64,000 bases of DNA from a virus. Below are positions 53,901-63,228 of the stretch, one piece after another; the first letter of the stretch is position 1; each line of letters opens with the position of its first letter. Location: positions 39,524 through 103,523 of the IMG/VR virus record IMGVR_UViG_3300025133_000044; one strand, given 5' to 3'. The notes under the pieces are model-generated. The model was not told the DNA's origin and ran no database searches. It saw nothing but the letters and a program-made list of their open reading frames with translations. A program made the translations under genes and the position numbers.

Positions 53901-56900
53901 GGCTGTCATTTGAATATTGCGTATGTTTAGTGGACGTTTTGCATATTCTTCACGAGTATATATAGCTCTTGGTCTGTGATGATTATCATGCATCGCATCT
54001 ATTAATCTAACACTATTTTGTTGTACACCGGAGGGAATTAGTACAATCACTCGATCAATTGCGCAATCCCCAAGATGAGTTATTCCGGCAGTATAAAGAA
54101 ATCTTAAATAAAATCTTGTACCTAAAACTTCTTTACCCAAAGAAGTTGCAAGATCACTAGTATTCGCCCACCTCCAATCATCCACACCAGAAGTCTGCTG
54201 CTGACCTATAATACTGGTACTAGTAAATGGACTGGCACCTAGCCAATCCCATACTAGCGGTATATCGGTAACTCCTGTTTGAAAAGTAGAATCTTGTGAA
54301 TGTTGAACTTTTAAGTAGCCCATATGAATACCATACATGTGGTACTTAAAACGAAAAGTAATATCGCCAGAATCAAGTTGGAGAAGATCAATTAGTGGAG
54401 TAACTAATCCAAAAGTCTGTCCTACAGAAGCCCAAGTTACGTTACAGAAAGCATAGCCAGTACCAGCTTGATCAAGTACATCTGGGCCTGTCCCAACAGA
54501 TGGAGTGGAAGTATTAGTGAGAGACCAACCATACTCAGAACCTACTCCAGTACCTGTTTGCCAATTGTCTTCCATACTAGGATCATCAGGTATGCCAGAC
54601 GGACTAAGAATGGTGAAATCGTTGGTAAGAGCAACGTCGACCTGTTCAAATTGCTCATATAAAGCGTAACTAGTACTTGATAAATTACCAAAGAACTCCA
54701 ACTCCCAGCCCTCAGGCCTCGTTAACTCATGGTCTAATTTGTTATTATTAGCAGAATTAACAATAGGGTCATATCGATTTATATCAGCATGCCGATATTG
54801 CATACCACCAACATATTTTTCAGTAAATGGACCCTGCATGGGGACTTCTGGTTTAACGCCATATTCATCATGATGAACATTTGTAAAATCAACTGGTATG
54901 ATGTCTTTATGGCCTGACATGTATCCAGTATCTATAGAAGAAGAATACATGTTAAAAGGCAGTAGTAGCGTGCTCTTCGCATCAGAATATTTTATATCGT
55001 TAAGACCTGTGCCTTCTGCGTTTGAATTAACAGTTTCCTCTGCTGTCATTGTAAAAGCTTTTACTGTATACTGCTTTTTATTTGATTCATCAGGAATTTC
55101 CTTATCGATAATATCAATTTCTTTAATTTCATGATCTCGATCGATCCAAATGTAGTCATTGTCACTTGCCCACTTAATAACGCCTTTGTAATAATCATGT
55201 ATATTATTATTTTTTGGATTTGATCCTCCCTTAAGTTCAAGTGAGATCTTCTTATCTAGATGAACAGGAACAGAAAGACGACGTGGTTTATATTGAGAAC
55301 CCTCGTATTGAGCTTTACCAATTGTTTTTAGTGTCGGGCCTTTAGCATCTAATTCAGTAATAATTCTTTTTAATAAGATATCTTTATTATCGTTTACATT
55401 ATCGACACTAGAAGATATTTCTAAAACACTTCTTTCTGCTCTCTCTTTCCACCAAAGATGATTTCTGTTCTGTGCTAGCGGAGATTCAGGTAAGGGGGCA
55501 TGCCCAAATTTCCAATTATATAAAATCTCGTTAATCCCCACCAAAGAAGAAATTGGAAATTTAACTTCCGTATCTAGAGTTGGAAATTTAGTCATATATT
55601 TATTTCTTTCTAGTATATGACTTTCAACCATGTTTCTGAGAAGTTCTACAGAATTAGAAGAAGCAGGCATTAATTGTGCTATCATTAAAGTAACAGCTTC
55701 ATCAACCCATTTATAATATTCAATGAATTTATCCAAATCTGGTGTATTTTCTACTTTTTCAAAGAATAAATCAGATAATTTCTCCATGCGCTTATAATCT
55801 GATCGATAGCGGTTGACAGGATCTCCAATAAGATTGTTAAAATCGACAATTGTTGCAAAAAACCTTATCATTTCTTCAGAAATGATTTGATACATACTCT
55901 TTTCAATAGAAATAAGGTGCTGAACATAAGTTGTATCTCGTGTAAAGACTACTTCATCTTGTTGTGATAGAATTTTAATAAAATCATCACTATTAACCGT
56001 CTCCGGAAGCTTTTGTTTGGCAGCTTGTACAAATTCGACGTCTATAGCTTGATCTGCATAATTGGGATCCCTAAGAAAGAAGTCGGCGCGGCCAGAATAG
56101 TTGTGTTTTGCCACATCACTAACCCAACCATATCTTGATATACTCTTATCATAAGCTGAGCCTGAAGCGAAATCTTCAATTAAAAATTGTCCACTGGCAT
56201 TTGAACCAGTTACATTGTCCAAAGTCCAGTTTAAAGCTAAAGTCTCTATTTGTGGAATAAAATCATCAAATAATTCTACGTGGCTGGCAGCAAAATTACT
56301 ATTTTTATAAGGATGTAATGTACCATATATATTAGCATCTCTTGCATGAGCACGAATTGTTTCATTAGGCAAATAATCAAACCAAAATCTAACAGAGGAT
56401 ACTTTTACATCTGAATATCTTGATATACTTCCTGTAAAGTTTTCTCTTTTAGAGCCTGCGTAAAGTCTCTTTGGGAACCCAAAAAATTTTCCTGCGTCTG
56501 TTTCACTCATAGTCCCGGTTATAACAAATTCATTCTGTAAAATATTAGATAAATAATTAACCCCATAAAATTCATATGTATAAGCTATGTTTTCTTCTTC
56601 TAAGCTTTCGTCCACGAAACTTGCAATAGGGTATTTCGTTGGTCTAAGTCTAAATGCCAAATTCCATTTTTGGTTATCATATACTTCCATATAGGAATCT
56701 GATTTCAATGTAGCTATTATTGGTGAAACACCATCAGCCACTAAGGCGAAGCTAACGTTTCTCCTATCATTGTTTCCTTTAATCGCAACAATATTAAAAT
56801 TAGTTGTATTATCTGTGTGATACGTTAAATCTGTATTTGAGTCGTATACGGCATCCATCCCCACAATAGAAGAAGTCAAAGATGGGAACATCTGATAATT

Positions 56901-59060
56901 TGGATCACCAGCTAACGATCTTTTTGGGAACATGACTTCTGCTTCAACTGTCATGGCGGCGCCGGAAGCGTATGTGCCAAGAATACCAGGTATAAAAGAT
57001 AACGAATTGGAATCGGAAGAATCGTAATACTGATAAGCAGTTGCGGTAAAAGATCCAGAATACGTTGTCTTGTTTGAGGAGTCAAATCGATTTTCTAGAT
57101 CATCGAAATCAAGAAATTTCTTTTTTATAGAAGTATGAGAATAGGTGTCTTTTAACTCATATGTATCGTTAGTCGCATAAATATTTATTTTAATTAATTC
57201 TTCATCAACGCCGTAACATCTAAGGAGATTTCTTAAAGATTTTATAGTGCCTTTTGATTTTTGAATATATGCTAAATTATTATATATGTTTTGGTATATT
57301 GTATCTTTTACTTCATAAAGCTTATTCTCATAAAGTTTTTTCTCTCCTCTTTGAAGGTATTTTGATAATATTGAAGCATCAGCAAATAATTCTGGCGTGT
57401 CAAATCCGCGCGAACTCAACAAATAGCTAGCAAAAGGCAGAGGTTTTTCGTAATTGTTATCATAAGGATAGTTTATATCTCTCAACCTCGGAAGACTTTC
57501 CATCTGAAGATATAAGTTGTCAAAGTAACTCGCGATGATTTGTGTTAAAAACCTTAAATGTCCCGATTCAGATTCGTCTTCTTCTAAAATCCACCCTGGT
57601 ACTGACTTGTATATTGATGAACCATTTAAATGATCGTGTATTTTTCCAATAGCTATTTTTCTATTTAAGAAAGAAGAAACTTCTGGGTGGTCTGGATATA
57701 TGATTGGATCTTTAAATTCATATTCAGCAGCTTCTGAAAGGATAATAGCAGAATTTGTATTTCTTGACTCGGAAGGGTTATAATTTATGAATTTACCATT
57801 AGAAATTCTTCCAGAATAATCTAGTATTACAGAATCAGTAGAAGTTTCTCCTACTATGCCCTCATTAAACTTATAGTAAACGCCAAGATCTACTTTATTT
57901 GTTACATCATCGTATTTTTCATTATCAGTATTGGTGCCGCCGCCTATTTGAGTTCTATAATATCTTCCAATTTGTTGTGCGTCCCTTTCTGTTTTCCAAT
58001 ATCTAAATTCGTCAAAAGAAGCAGAAACAATGTTACCCCAACCCTCTCCAGAATTGAGGTAGGCGCCGCCGGGGCCGGCCATGGCGCCGAGAGCCGCTAC
58101 CATAGTACCCGAAGCAGCAGGATAGGGGGCATTAAGAGTAGCGACATCTTTGTGCGCGCCATTTAAATACAAATTAACTGTAGTTATTGGTAAGCCGGAT
58201 ACGGGTGCGGATCCTTTATTTTTAAATGTGACAGCATAGTGTTTCCACTTTCCGTCTGCAATACTTTCTCCTGTTTCTAAAGTAAAAATTTTACCCTGGA
58301 TCGCAGACCCAACAAACCCCTCTTGTGTATAAAGGACGGCCCACAGGGTGTTTTCTTGGCCGGGGATGTTACTTGTTTTAATAGAGAGATAATCAGTTGT
58401 GGCGCCTGATGCGTCTAAAGAAACATTATCAAATATAGTTTCGAGCGAACCATCCGGAGCAGTGCCATCTTTTTTCATCCAAAATTCTACAGTGACACCT
58501 TTATCCAAGTCAAGTTCTAAATTATTAGTTCTTTGACTGGCAGTATGGTATATATTTGCTTTTGATACTCCTATTCCAGAAGGGCCGGCGGAGAAGTCGC
58601 TTTTGTAATCACCAGATGGATCTGCATGGGGGCCACCATAAAAAGAGATATATTGAGGGGCGCTACTAGAATATTGTAAAGCAGATACAGTCGAAGTATA
58701 AGTGCTAGAACCGCTATTAAATGTAATGTACCCGTTAGTTCTGGGATATTCATGCTCAAAAATGAAAAGATCTAGATAAGTACTCTCATTTTCCCATTCA
58801 ATTTTTTCTGTTAATGAACCATCATATGGATATGTTTGATACACCCTTTTAATGGAGTTTTCATAATAAAGTTCGGCTAGCCCAAAACGAGCAAAGTTAG
58901 ATGCAGTTGTGAAGTCTACATCTGGAAAGAATCTGTCCCTTCGAGTTGAATAAACATCAATATACTTTGCAGATTCTAAATCTTTTGCTAAATCATTTTG
59001 GGATTTATTCTTAAGAAACTTTAGCGAATGGCCCTTATCAAATAAATCTTTTATACCCAT
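50931..59060 (-). CDS. Giant baseplate wedge protein (gp7/gpI-like core) with two LamG domains, a MAM domain and nested insertion modules
   Basis: YI.KSKGT.KS.RNL.RCYG wedge motif; LamG motifs TVEFWMK / WKHYAVT / FDEFRYW and FSISAWVK / WAHVAAT / IDEVSLW; MAM motifs GTGP, F.YHMYG, GD.AID. Confidence 0.8.
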   Translation of the reverse strand: MGIKDLFDKGHSLKFLKNKSQNDLAKDLESAKYIDVYSTRRDRFFPDVDFTTASNFARFGLAELYYENSIKRVYQTYPYDGSLTEKIEWENESTYLDLFIFEHEYPRTNGYITFNSGSSTYTSTVSALQYSSSAPQYISFYGGPHADPSGDYKSDFSAGPSGIGVSKANIYHTASQRTNNLELDLDKGVTVEFWMKKDGTAPDGSLETIFDNVSLDASGATTDYLSIKTSNIPGQENTLWAVLYTQEGFVGSAIQGKIFTLETGESIADGKWKHYAVTFKNKGSAPVSGLPITTVNLYLNGAHKDVATLNAPYPAASGTMVAALGAMAGPGGAYLNSGEGWGNIVSASFDEFRYWKTERDAQQIGRYYRTQIGGGTNTDNEKYDDVTNKVDLGVYYKFNEGIVGETSTDSVILDYSGRISNGKFINYNPSESRNTNSAIILSEAAEYEFKDPIIYPDHPEVSSFLNRKIAIGKIHDHLNGSSIYKSVPGWILEEDESESGHLRFLTQIIASYFDNLYLQMESLPRLRDINYPYDNNYEKPLPFASYLLSSRGFDTPELFADASILSKYLQRGEKKLYENKLYEVKDTIYQNIYNNLAYIQKSKGTIKSLRNLLRCYGVDEELIKINIYATNDTYELKDTYSHTSIKKKFLDFDDLENRFDSSNKTTYSGSFTATAYQYYDSSDSNSLSFIPGILGTYASGAAMTVEAEVMFPKRSLAGDPNYQMFPSLTSSIVGMDAVYDSNTDLTYHTDNTTNFNIVAIKGNNDRRNVSFALVADGVSPIIATLKSDSYMEVYDNQKWNLAFRLRPTKYPIASFVDESLEEENIAYTYEFYGVNYLSNILQNEFVITGTMSETDAGKFFGFPKRLYAGSKRENFTGSISRYSDVKVSSVRFWFDYLPNETIRAHARDANIYGTLHPYKNSNFAASHVELFDDFIPQIETLALNWTLDNVTGSNASGQFLIEDFASGSAYDKSISRYGWVSDVAKHNYSGRADFFLRDPNYADQAIDVEFVQAAKQKLPETVNSDDFIKILSQQDEVVFTRDTTYVQHLISIEKSMYQIISEEMIRFFATIVDFNNLIGDPVNRYRSDYKRMEKLSDLFFEKVENTPDLDKFIEYYKWVDEAVTLMIAQLMPASSNSVELLRNMVESHILERNKYMTKFPTLDTEVKFPISSLVGINEILYNWKFGHAPLPESPLAQNRNHLWWKERAERSVLEISSSVDNVNDNKDILLKRIITELDAKGPTLKTIGKAQYEGSQYKPRRLSVPVHLDKKISLELKGGSNPKNNNIHDYYKGVIKWASDNDYIWIDRDHEIKEIDIIDKEIPDESNKKQYTVKAFTMTAEETVNSNAEGTGLNDIKYSDAKSTLLLPFNMYSSSIDTGYMSGHKDIIPVDFTNVHHDEYGVKPEVPMQGPFTEKYVGGMQYRHADINRYDPIVNSANNNKLDHELTRPEGWELEFFGNLSSTSYALYEQFEQVDVALTNDFTILSPSGIPDDPSMEDNWQTGTGVGSEYGWSLTNTSTPSVGTGPDVLDQAGTGYAFCNVTWASVGQTFGLVTPLIDLLQLDSGDITFRFKYHMYGIHMGYLKVQHSQDSTFQTGVTDIPLVWDWLGASPFTSTSIIGQQQTSGVDDWRWANTSDLATSLGKEVLGTRFYLRFLYTAGITHLGDCAIDRVIVLIPSGVQQNSVRLIDAMHDNHHRPRAIYTREEYAKRPLNIRNIQMTASSPTKAGNYLDRYEYISTVSPEANDPWFVKHVDEITSITAEILGIGTGSIEEVLSIPPGTVRTELKRIDYNCLNKDYISGSVKNRTRFKNKFSSPGGFEVMSRGFRDPAHETYSVYNAMPWRNNWGRKVLSTQLQAHMGQFGVSTHGPSTVFARVYGSEVSGAINSSNYQVEGDASKHKYHRNNLERPSEVPISVPLSENKAASFNGTDSYLQVNDSDSLSFAVAAAAGTPATSTLAIAGNWPADITGVSAQAILEVAGDWPANIPGAAATTTDTFKIPAYPQAYFTGATGWLARLDTEWFTLQDHADRQVKFTFDNTDDVITEDTAVTPVNISVGIRDQNNPYLLASAIVGAIEFAQTQHHIDILVQNPHPGSGDPGLEQTIVLTQGQLGVIGNGNPIAALSALDAVEDADTLTLLGSINFTGGEDAIIQPLGLQFETFTLTDGAPVSPSTFKFSFDITAALITYTHNAITGQGFVVIPALNITTPQELAVAIEEAINYMQSTPQLLSTTAVAGLSGDPTAPPGSWALILTQDHEGPQGNTAVETTYTAPWLIEVFYGTTATLSFSTNNFFNGVDEVNQPVGLDDEYFILQDVAGQQVKFTFDTSLGISTYDDTVTPINYIIAASEAVIIDPFDLAEMIEAAINGASSNNHIDITSGSPPFVGSLLDQTLLLTQGTNGDAGNVVMTSKQDHDVVGLNFVPKGTVTLPNFTGGTDDIVAADLPFSISAWVKMTDATNFPIFEKVDHSAAAYEYRFEVTDADKLSLTVYDQTSSKYEQEFSTTAAIATIEGAWAHVAATANAAVGAKTIKLYINGQQVSSIHAESTGANDYATMHNTSAPVNIGKEDDSTDKFADGAIDEVSLWKTELTAAEVLELYNGHSCVGIVSDHQPGPGDLEEHSQYSNLVSWWKMGDIGDILTANGALIITSVDRKSSNSTNVGPGGSYPQVISGPDSASGLCLGTTQMYDNAFISHMIPRTDKQYAWITGSII

Positions 59061-59082
59061 GTTACAATCCCAACTTTATATT

Positions 59083-60963
59083 TCAATTGCTCTCTACTCT
59101 GAATTTAAACATTTCTTGCTGTTCTCGCCAACCATCCGAAGAATGATAAGCAAATTTTATAGCATACATATAGCCAGGTTCCAATAAAGTCATATCAAAA
59201 TCAAAATAACTTCCAGAATTATCATAAGACAAATAAGTATGGTAAGTGGTATTTGAACTTGCCGTTGAATGATTGAAAATAGTCTCACCGTCAGCCATTC
59301 TAATGATTTCGTAAGAGGCACTAGGAATTGTAGTTCCTTGAATATCAGTAGAAGCAACGGAATATATTGTTGGACTAAAGTTTCTTGGTCTGGTGAAGAC
59401 TCTAAATTTAGCTTGTTCTTCTTTGCTATATGAAGGTTTCAAGTTGGTTATTTTTGTCGTGAACTGATTATAATCATTAGATGTTAATACACAAGTATCA
59501 TTAAAGTTCTTAACAGCAACTGAACCAGTCTTATATTCTCCGCCTATACTACCTGACCACACATCATGCAATAAAGAGGAAGAAGAAGTTAAAAATACTT
59601 GAGCTTTGTAAATTCCTGTACTTTGTTTTGTCGCCGTGGCTGTTTTTAATACGGCGCCTGTAGGAGTATTACTTGTACTTTCATATAATTTAACTTTTAA
59701 TGTCTCACTATGTGGTATGTCTTTAAGTTTTCCACGAATATAATTGTACAAATATAAATTATTTAAATTATCAGAAGCAGGAGCGATAGAACTGCTTGAA
59801 TAAAAATTACCTCTATCATCTGCAACTCTAGAATCCCAACGAGCTTCTAGGGCCGGCCTTTTAAAGAAAAATTCGCTGGATCTTGCAAAAAATCGTTTTG
59901 TATAAAAGCTTTTTCGTTGGCCAGAAGTATTGGCCAGGACGCTACCACTTGCTGCTGCGGCATATGCTTCCTGATTAGAAGTCAAGAAAACACCGAAACC
60001 ATAATTTGGTTGCCCGTCTGTATCTATCCACTCTTCCACTGCTGACGTCACATCAAGCAATAAATCTTCATCACCACTTTTAAAAGTACAAGAATAGCCA
60101 GGCATAGTTGAGCCAGCAACGTAAGCAGATGTATGATAATCGCCGCCAACTGTTACCCATTTTCCAGTCCCTCCAGAGAAATTTTGTGCTGTAAGATGAG
60201 CAACACCACTGACATCTACCGTAGTGTTACCGCTATAGCCCGTATTGTCTTGCGTCAAGGGCAGCGTCATCTGCGAATCTGCGTCACCAGCAGCCACTGC
60301 GGTTCCAGCTGTTATCGCAAGAGCAGATACATTATTGATTGCAGTCTTAATTGAATCAATCGCTTGAGTAGTATTCGAATCACCTGTAAAACCAATAGTG
60401 CCTGCAGAATTGACAGAGCCGTCAAAATCAAAAGTAAAAGTTTGAGACACTCCATTAGCGTCAGTAAGAACAAAAGTTTGAGCATCCATCGCTGCTAAAT
60501 TTGCTCCACCTTGAAGCACTAAATTAGTAGTAGCGGAAGCAAAGTCATTGGTGCCATTTATCCAATTTGAGCCATCAATGCCATCTTTCGTTTCGTCGGT
60601 ATAGCCCTCCATATCCAAGCCATATCCTTCTTGCCAAGATGATGATACCGCTAATACATTTACAGTAAAGTTTTTTGGAAGTTGTTCAGAATGTCTTGCG
60701 TTAAACATCCTTAAGTAGAAATTAACGCTTCCAGATGCTGGAATCAGACCAGCTGTTCTATCAGAAGTTACACTATCAACTGGAAATTGTATCAAGACGC
60801 GAGATAATTCAGCCGAAGATGTTGTTTGTTGACCATAAATTGAGAACACTTCTAAAATATCAGAAGCTCCCATGTTTGAACCGGTCCCGCGCGTGCTTAA
60901 ATTTAATTTGTAGGCATTGGTTATAGTATTGTCTGCTGACGCTTTATATCTTTTAATTGCCAT
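59083..60963 (-). CDS. Baseplate-associated DNRLRE/CBM96-like protein with an inserted module
   Basis: SR.LIQF, L.......F......V..SW.EG, W...GGDY, DVT..VE.W....NYGF, F....S.....P.LE..W. Confidence 0.65.
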   Translation of the reverse strand: MAIKRYKASADNTITNAYKLNLSTRGTGSNMGASDILEVFSIYGQQTTSSAELSRVLIQFPVDSVTSDRTAGLIPASGSVNFYLRMFNARHSEQLPKNFTVNVLAVSSSWQEGYGLDMEGYTDETKDGIDGSNWINGTNDFASATTNLVLQGGANLAAMDAQTFVLTDANGVSQTFTFDFDGSVNSAGTIGFTGDSNTTQAIDSIKTAINNVSALAITAGTAVAAGDADSQMTLPLTQDNTGYSGNTTVDVSGVAHLTAQNFSGGTGKWVTVGGDYHTSAYVAGSTMPGYSCTFKSGDEDLLLDVTSAVEEWIDTDGQPNYGFGVFLTSNQEAYAAAASGSVLANTSGQRKSFYTKRFFARSSEFFFKRPALEARWDSRVADDRGNFYSSSSIAPASDNLNNLYLYNYIRGKLKDIPHSETLKVKLYESTSNTPTGAVLKTATATKQSTGIYKAQVFLTSSSSLLHDVWSGSIGGEYKTGSVAVKNFNDTCVLTSNDYNQFTTKITNLKPSYSKEEQAKFRVFTRPRNFSPTIYSVASTDIQGTTIPSASYEIIRMADGETIFNHSTASSNTTYHTYLSYDNSGSYFDFDMTLLEPGYMYAIKFAYHSSDGWREQQEMFKFRVESN

Positions 60964-62759
60964 TACTTAATAGTTCCTTTAATATCAAGATTTGGATATT
61001 TTAATTCATAAACTACATTTTCAGGCGCATATAATATGCGGCCGTCGGCAGAAATGTTTTCTTCTATATCATATGAAAAATCAGAATATAAACCACCAAA
61101 TTTATGTTCTACTTGAACATCTGTCACATCAACAATTTCATCAAGTTCATTTACCATATCATAAATTTTTGTAATGTATATTGGCTGTCCAATATCAAGC
61201 TTTTGAACAAACATTCGTTGAATCGTCTTTATAGCTTCGTTAAGAGCTTCAAATTTATCTTGTTCATATGTGGTAACAGCAATAAATTTTATGCTAATAT
61301 TGATTACTCTTGCATCAAGTATGTCAATAGTATCATTTATCATTTTATAATGATTTAGCCAAGTTTTAACGTTGTTCTTCAGAACTTGGTTGCAGGTTAC
61401 CAGGTTTTGATCTGAATCTTCTGTAAGCAGATGCAAGTTTAGATTTCTTTTAAAAGAATCTAAATCTCGAATAATCTTTGCTCTTTTTACTTTTCCAAAT
61501 TTCGCTGGCATTCTATAAATAAGAGCTTCATAATCTTCTGCTGTTACAGCTCTGTTTTGTGTGGCAAAAACATCGTTGACTCTCTGTTTAAGTTCCATAA
61601 GGGAGGGAAGAGACACATCTCCAGTCACAGGTTCCTCGTTTGTTACTTCCAAACTATCTTTAACAAAATTAATCTTGCCTTGGTTGGTGGCATCTTCGTT
61701 AAATATAAATAATGGACTCAATAAATTAGTAATTGAATTTGTGGCGGCGTTAGCATTTGAAGCCACATTAGTTCTGTAAACGACTTTTAAAGCAGTATTG
61801 GCCGGCGCGACTCCAAATTTATCAGTTTCTAATAATTTAGAGGGATCGAACGAAGTATCCGTTTCATAATCCCTACCGTGCATTTTTAACACGATATTCG
61901 AAGGATGAGTTATATTATCTAGTTTTAAAGAAGATTCAGACCCATAACCAAATTTTAGAAGTGTTTGAGTAGCACGATTAAAAACAGTAAAGCGACGAGG
62001 AACAGAAGTAGCGACAAGGATGCTTGGTACTCGGTCTCTTGTACCAGGATCTTTATTAATTATTGTCCTGAAAACAGTATCTTGTGAAAGATATCCTACT
62101 TCAAAATATTCATGTCCCTCTGCATCGACCACAGAAATTATTTCTGTTATATTAGGGTTTGACAATGGAACAGTCAAGAATCTTCTAAAATCTCCTACAT
62201 TTATAGTTTCCTGCTTTATCTCGCCAGACACAACCCTCCCATAAGTTTTAATAGCAAAAGAGCTAGCGACGCCCGTGTTAGAATCGCTCGTGGCAACAAC
62301 GATTTCATTATCAGAATTAGCAAAATCAACATTATCAAGTAAAGTAAAGACTTGTCCTGCCTTGGATGTAAATTTTGTGTCTTTCACTAAAATTGGTAAA
62401 TAATTTAGATCTGGTCCTGAACCATTGGGATCGATGGGGGCTATAATATACAAAGCGACGATGCCAAATGAATTTGACTTAAGCGGTTGTTTATAACCAA
62501 CTTGTTCTCCCAGCCGCACAACATTGTTATACTCTACAGCTGTATCTAAAAAAGATTCGTTTGTTTGGTAATCTAAATAAAAGGATAGAACGTCTCCAAC
62601 ATAAGCAACAGTATCTAACATTAATGAACCGAAAGAAGCTTCAGAAAAGTCTTTAAAAATATCTGGATAATATCTTTTTGTATAGTTTACTAAACCTTCT
62701 TTAATTGTATTAAAATCACGATTTGTATACCTAATAAGTTTTTTGCTGTCTTTAGCCAT
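60963..62759 (-). CDS. Baseplate wedge protein (gp6/gpJ-like)
   Basis: Y..RDF..IK..L......YP..F.DF.E.S.G...LD..AYVGDVLSFYLD; FG.G; QNRAVT.EDY. Confidence 0.9.
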   Translation of the reverse strand: MAKDSKKLIRYTNRDFNTIKEGLVNYTKRYYPDIFKDFSEASFGSLMLDTVAYVGDVLSFYLDYQTNESFLDTAVEYNNVVRLGEQVGYKQPLKSNSFGIVALYIIAPIDPNGSGPDLNYLPILVKDTKFTSKAGQVFTLLDNVDFANSDNEIVVATSDSNTGVASSFAIKTYGRVVSGEIKQETINVGDFRRFLTVPLSNPNITEIISVVDAEGHEYFEVGYLSQDTVFRTIINKDPGTRDRVPSILVATSVPRRFTVFNRATQTLLKFGYGSESSLKLDNITHPSNIVLKMHGRDYETDTSFDPSKLLETDKFGVAPANTALKVVYRTNVASNANAATNSITNLLSPLFIFNEDATNQGKINFVKDSLEVTNEEPVTGDVSLPSLMELKQRVNDVFATQNRAVTAEDYEALIYRMPAKFGKVKRAKIIRDLDSFKRNLNLHLLTEDSDQNLVTCNQVLKNNVKTWLNHYKMINDTIDILDARVINISIKFIAVTTYEQDKFEALNEAIKTIQRMFVQKLDIGQPIYITKIYDMVNELDEIVDVTDVQVEHKFGGLYSDFSYDIEENISADGRILYAPENVVYELKYPNLDIKGTIK

Positions 62760-62788
62760 ATATCTGTTTCCTATAAATTAATGCTTTT

Positions 62789-63163
62789 TTAAACCAATAT
62801 TAAAGTTGAATTTAAATTCATATTTGGTACTCCATATTCAATTTTAATCGATAACATATTAGGATTATCACGATTGTTTCTTGCCGGATTAAATTCTATC
62901 TTTTTAATTTGAACAAAAGGCATATACTTTTTTACCTGTGAATATATGCGTTGTCTTATTTCGACTATAAGACCATGGTCTGGTTCAAAAAGAAAATGTC
63001 TCAAACCAACACCAAAATCAGGCATCATCATCCTTTCACCTTGAGACGTTAACATCAAATTTTTAAAATTTTGTTTTACTTCCTCTTTGTATAATTTTAT
63101 TAAAGAGTAATTTCCAGAACTATTATCTCGAAAAAGTGGCAATTTAGGACCGATTCCGTTCAT
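62789..63163 (-). CDS. Baseplate wedge / sheath initiator (gp25/gpW-like)
   Basis: KQN.KNL.LT..GER.M.PDFG..L...LFE; late motif at 63192-63199. Confidence 0.9.
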   Translation of the reverse strand: MNGIGPKLPLFRDNSSGNYSLIKLYKEEVKQNFKNLMLTSQGERMMMPDFGVGLRHFLFEPDHGLIVEIRQRIYSQVKKYMPFVQIKKIEFNPARNNRDNPNMLSIKIEYGVPNMNLNSTLILV

Positions 63164-63228
63164 ATCAAAAAATTCCTATAACTTATAAACATAAATAGTA
63201 GCGCAAGACAAATCGTGCAAAATGAAAC

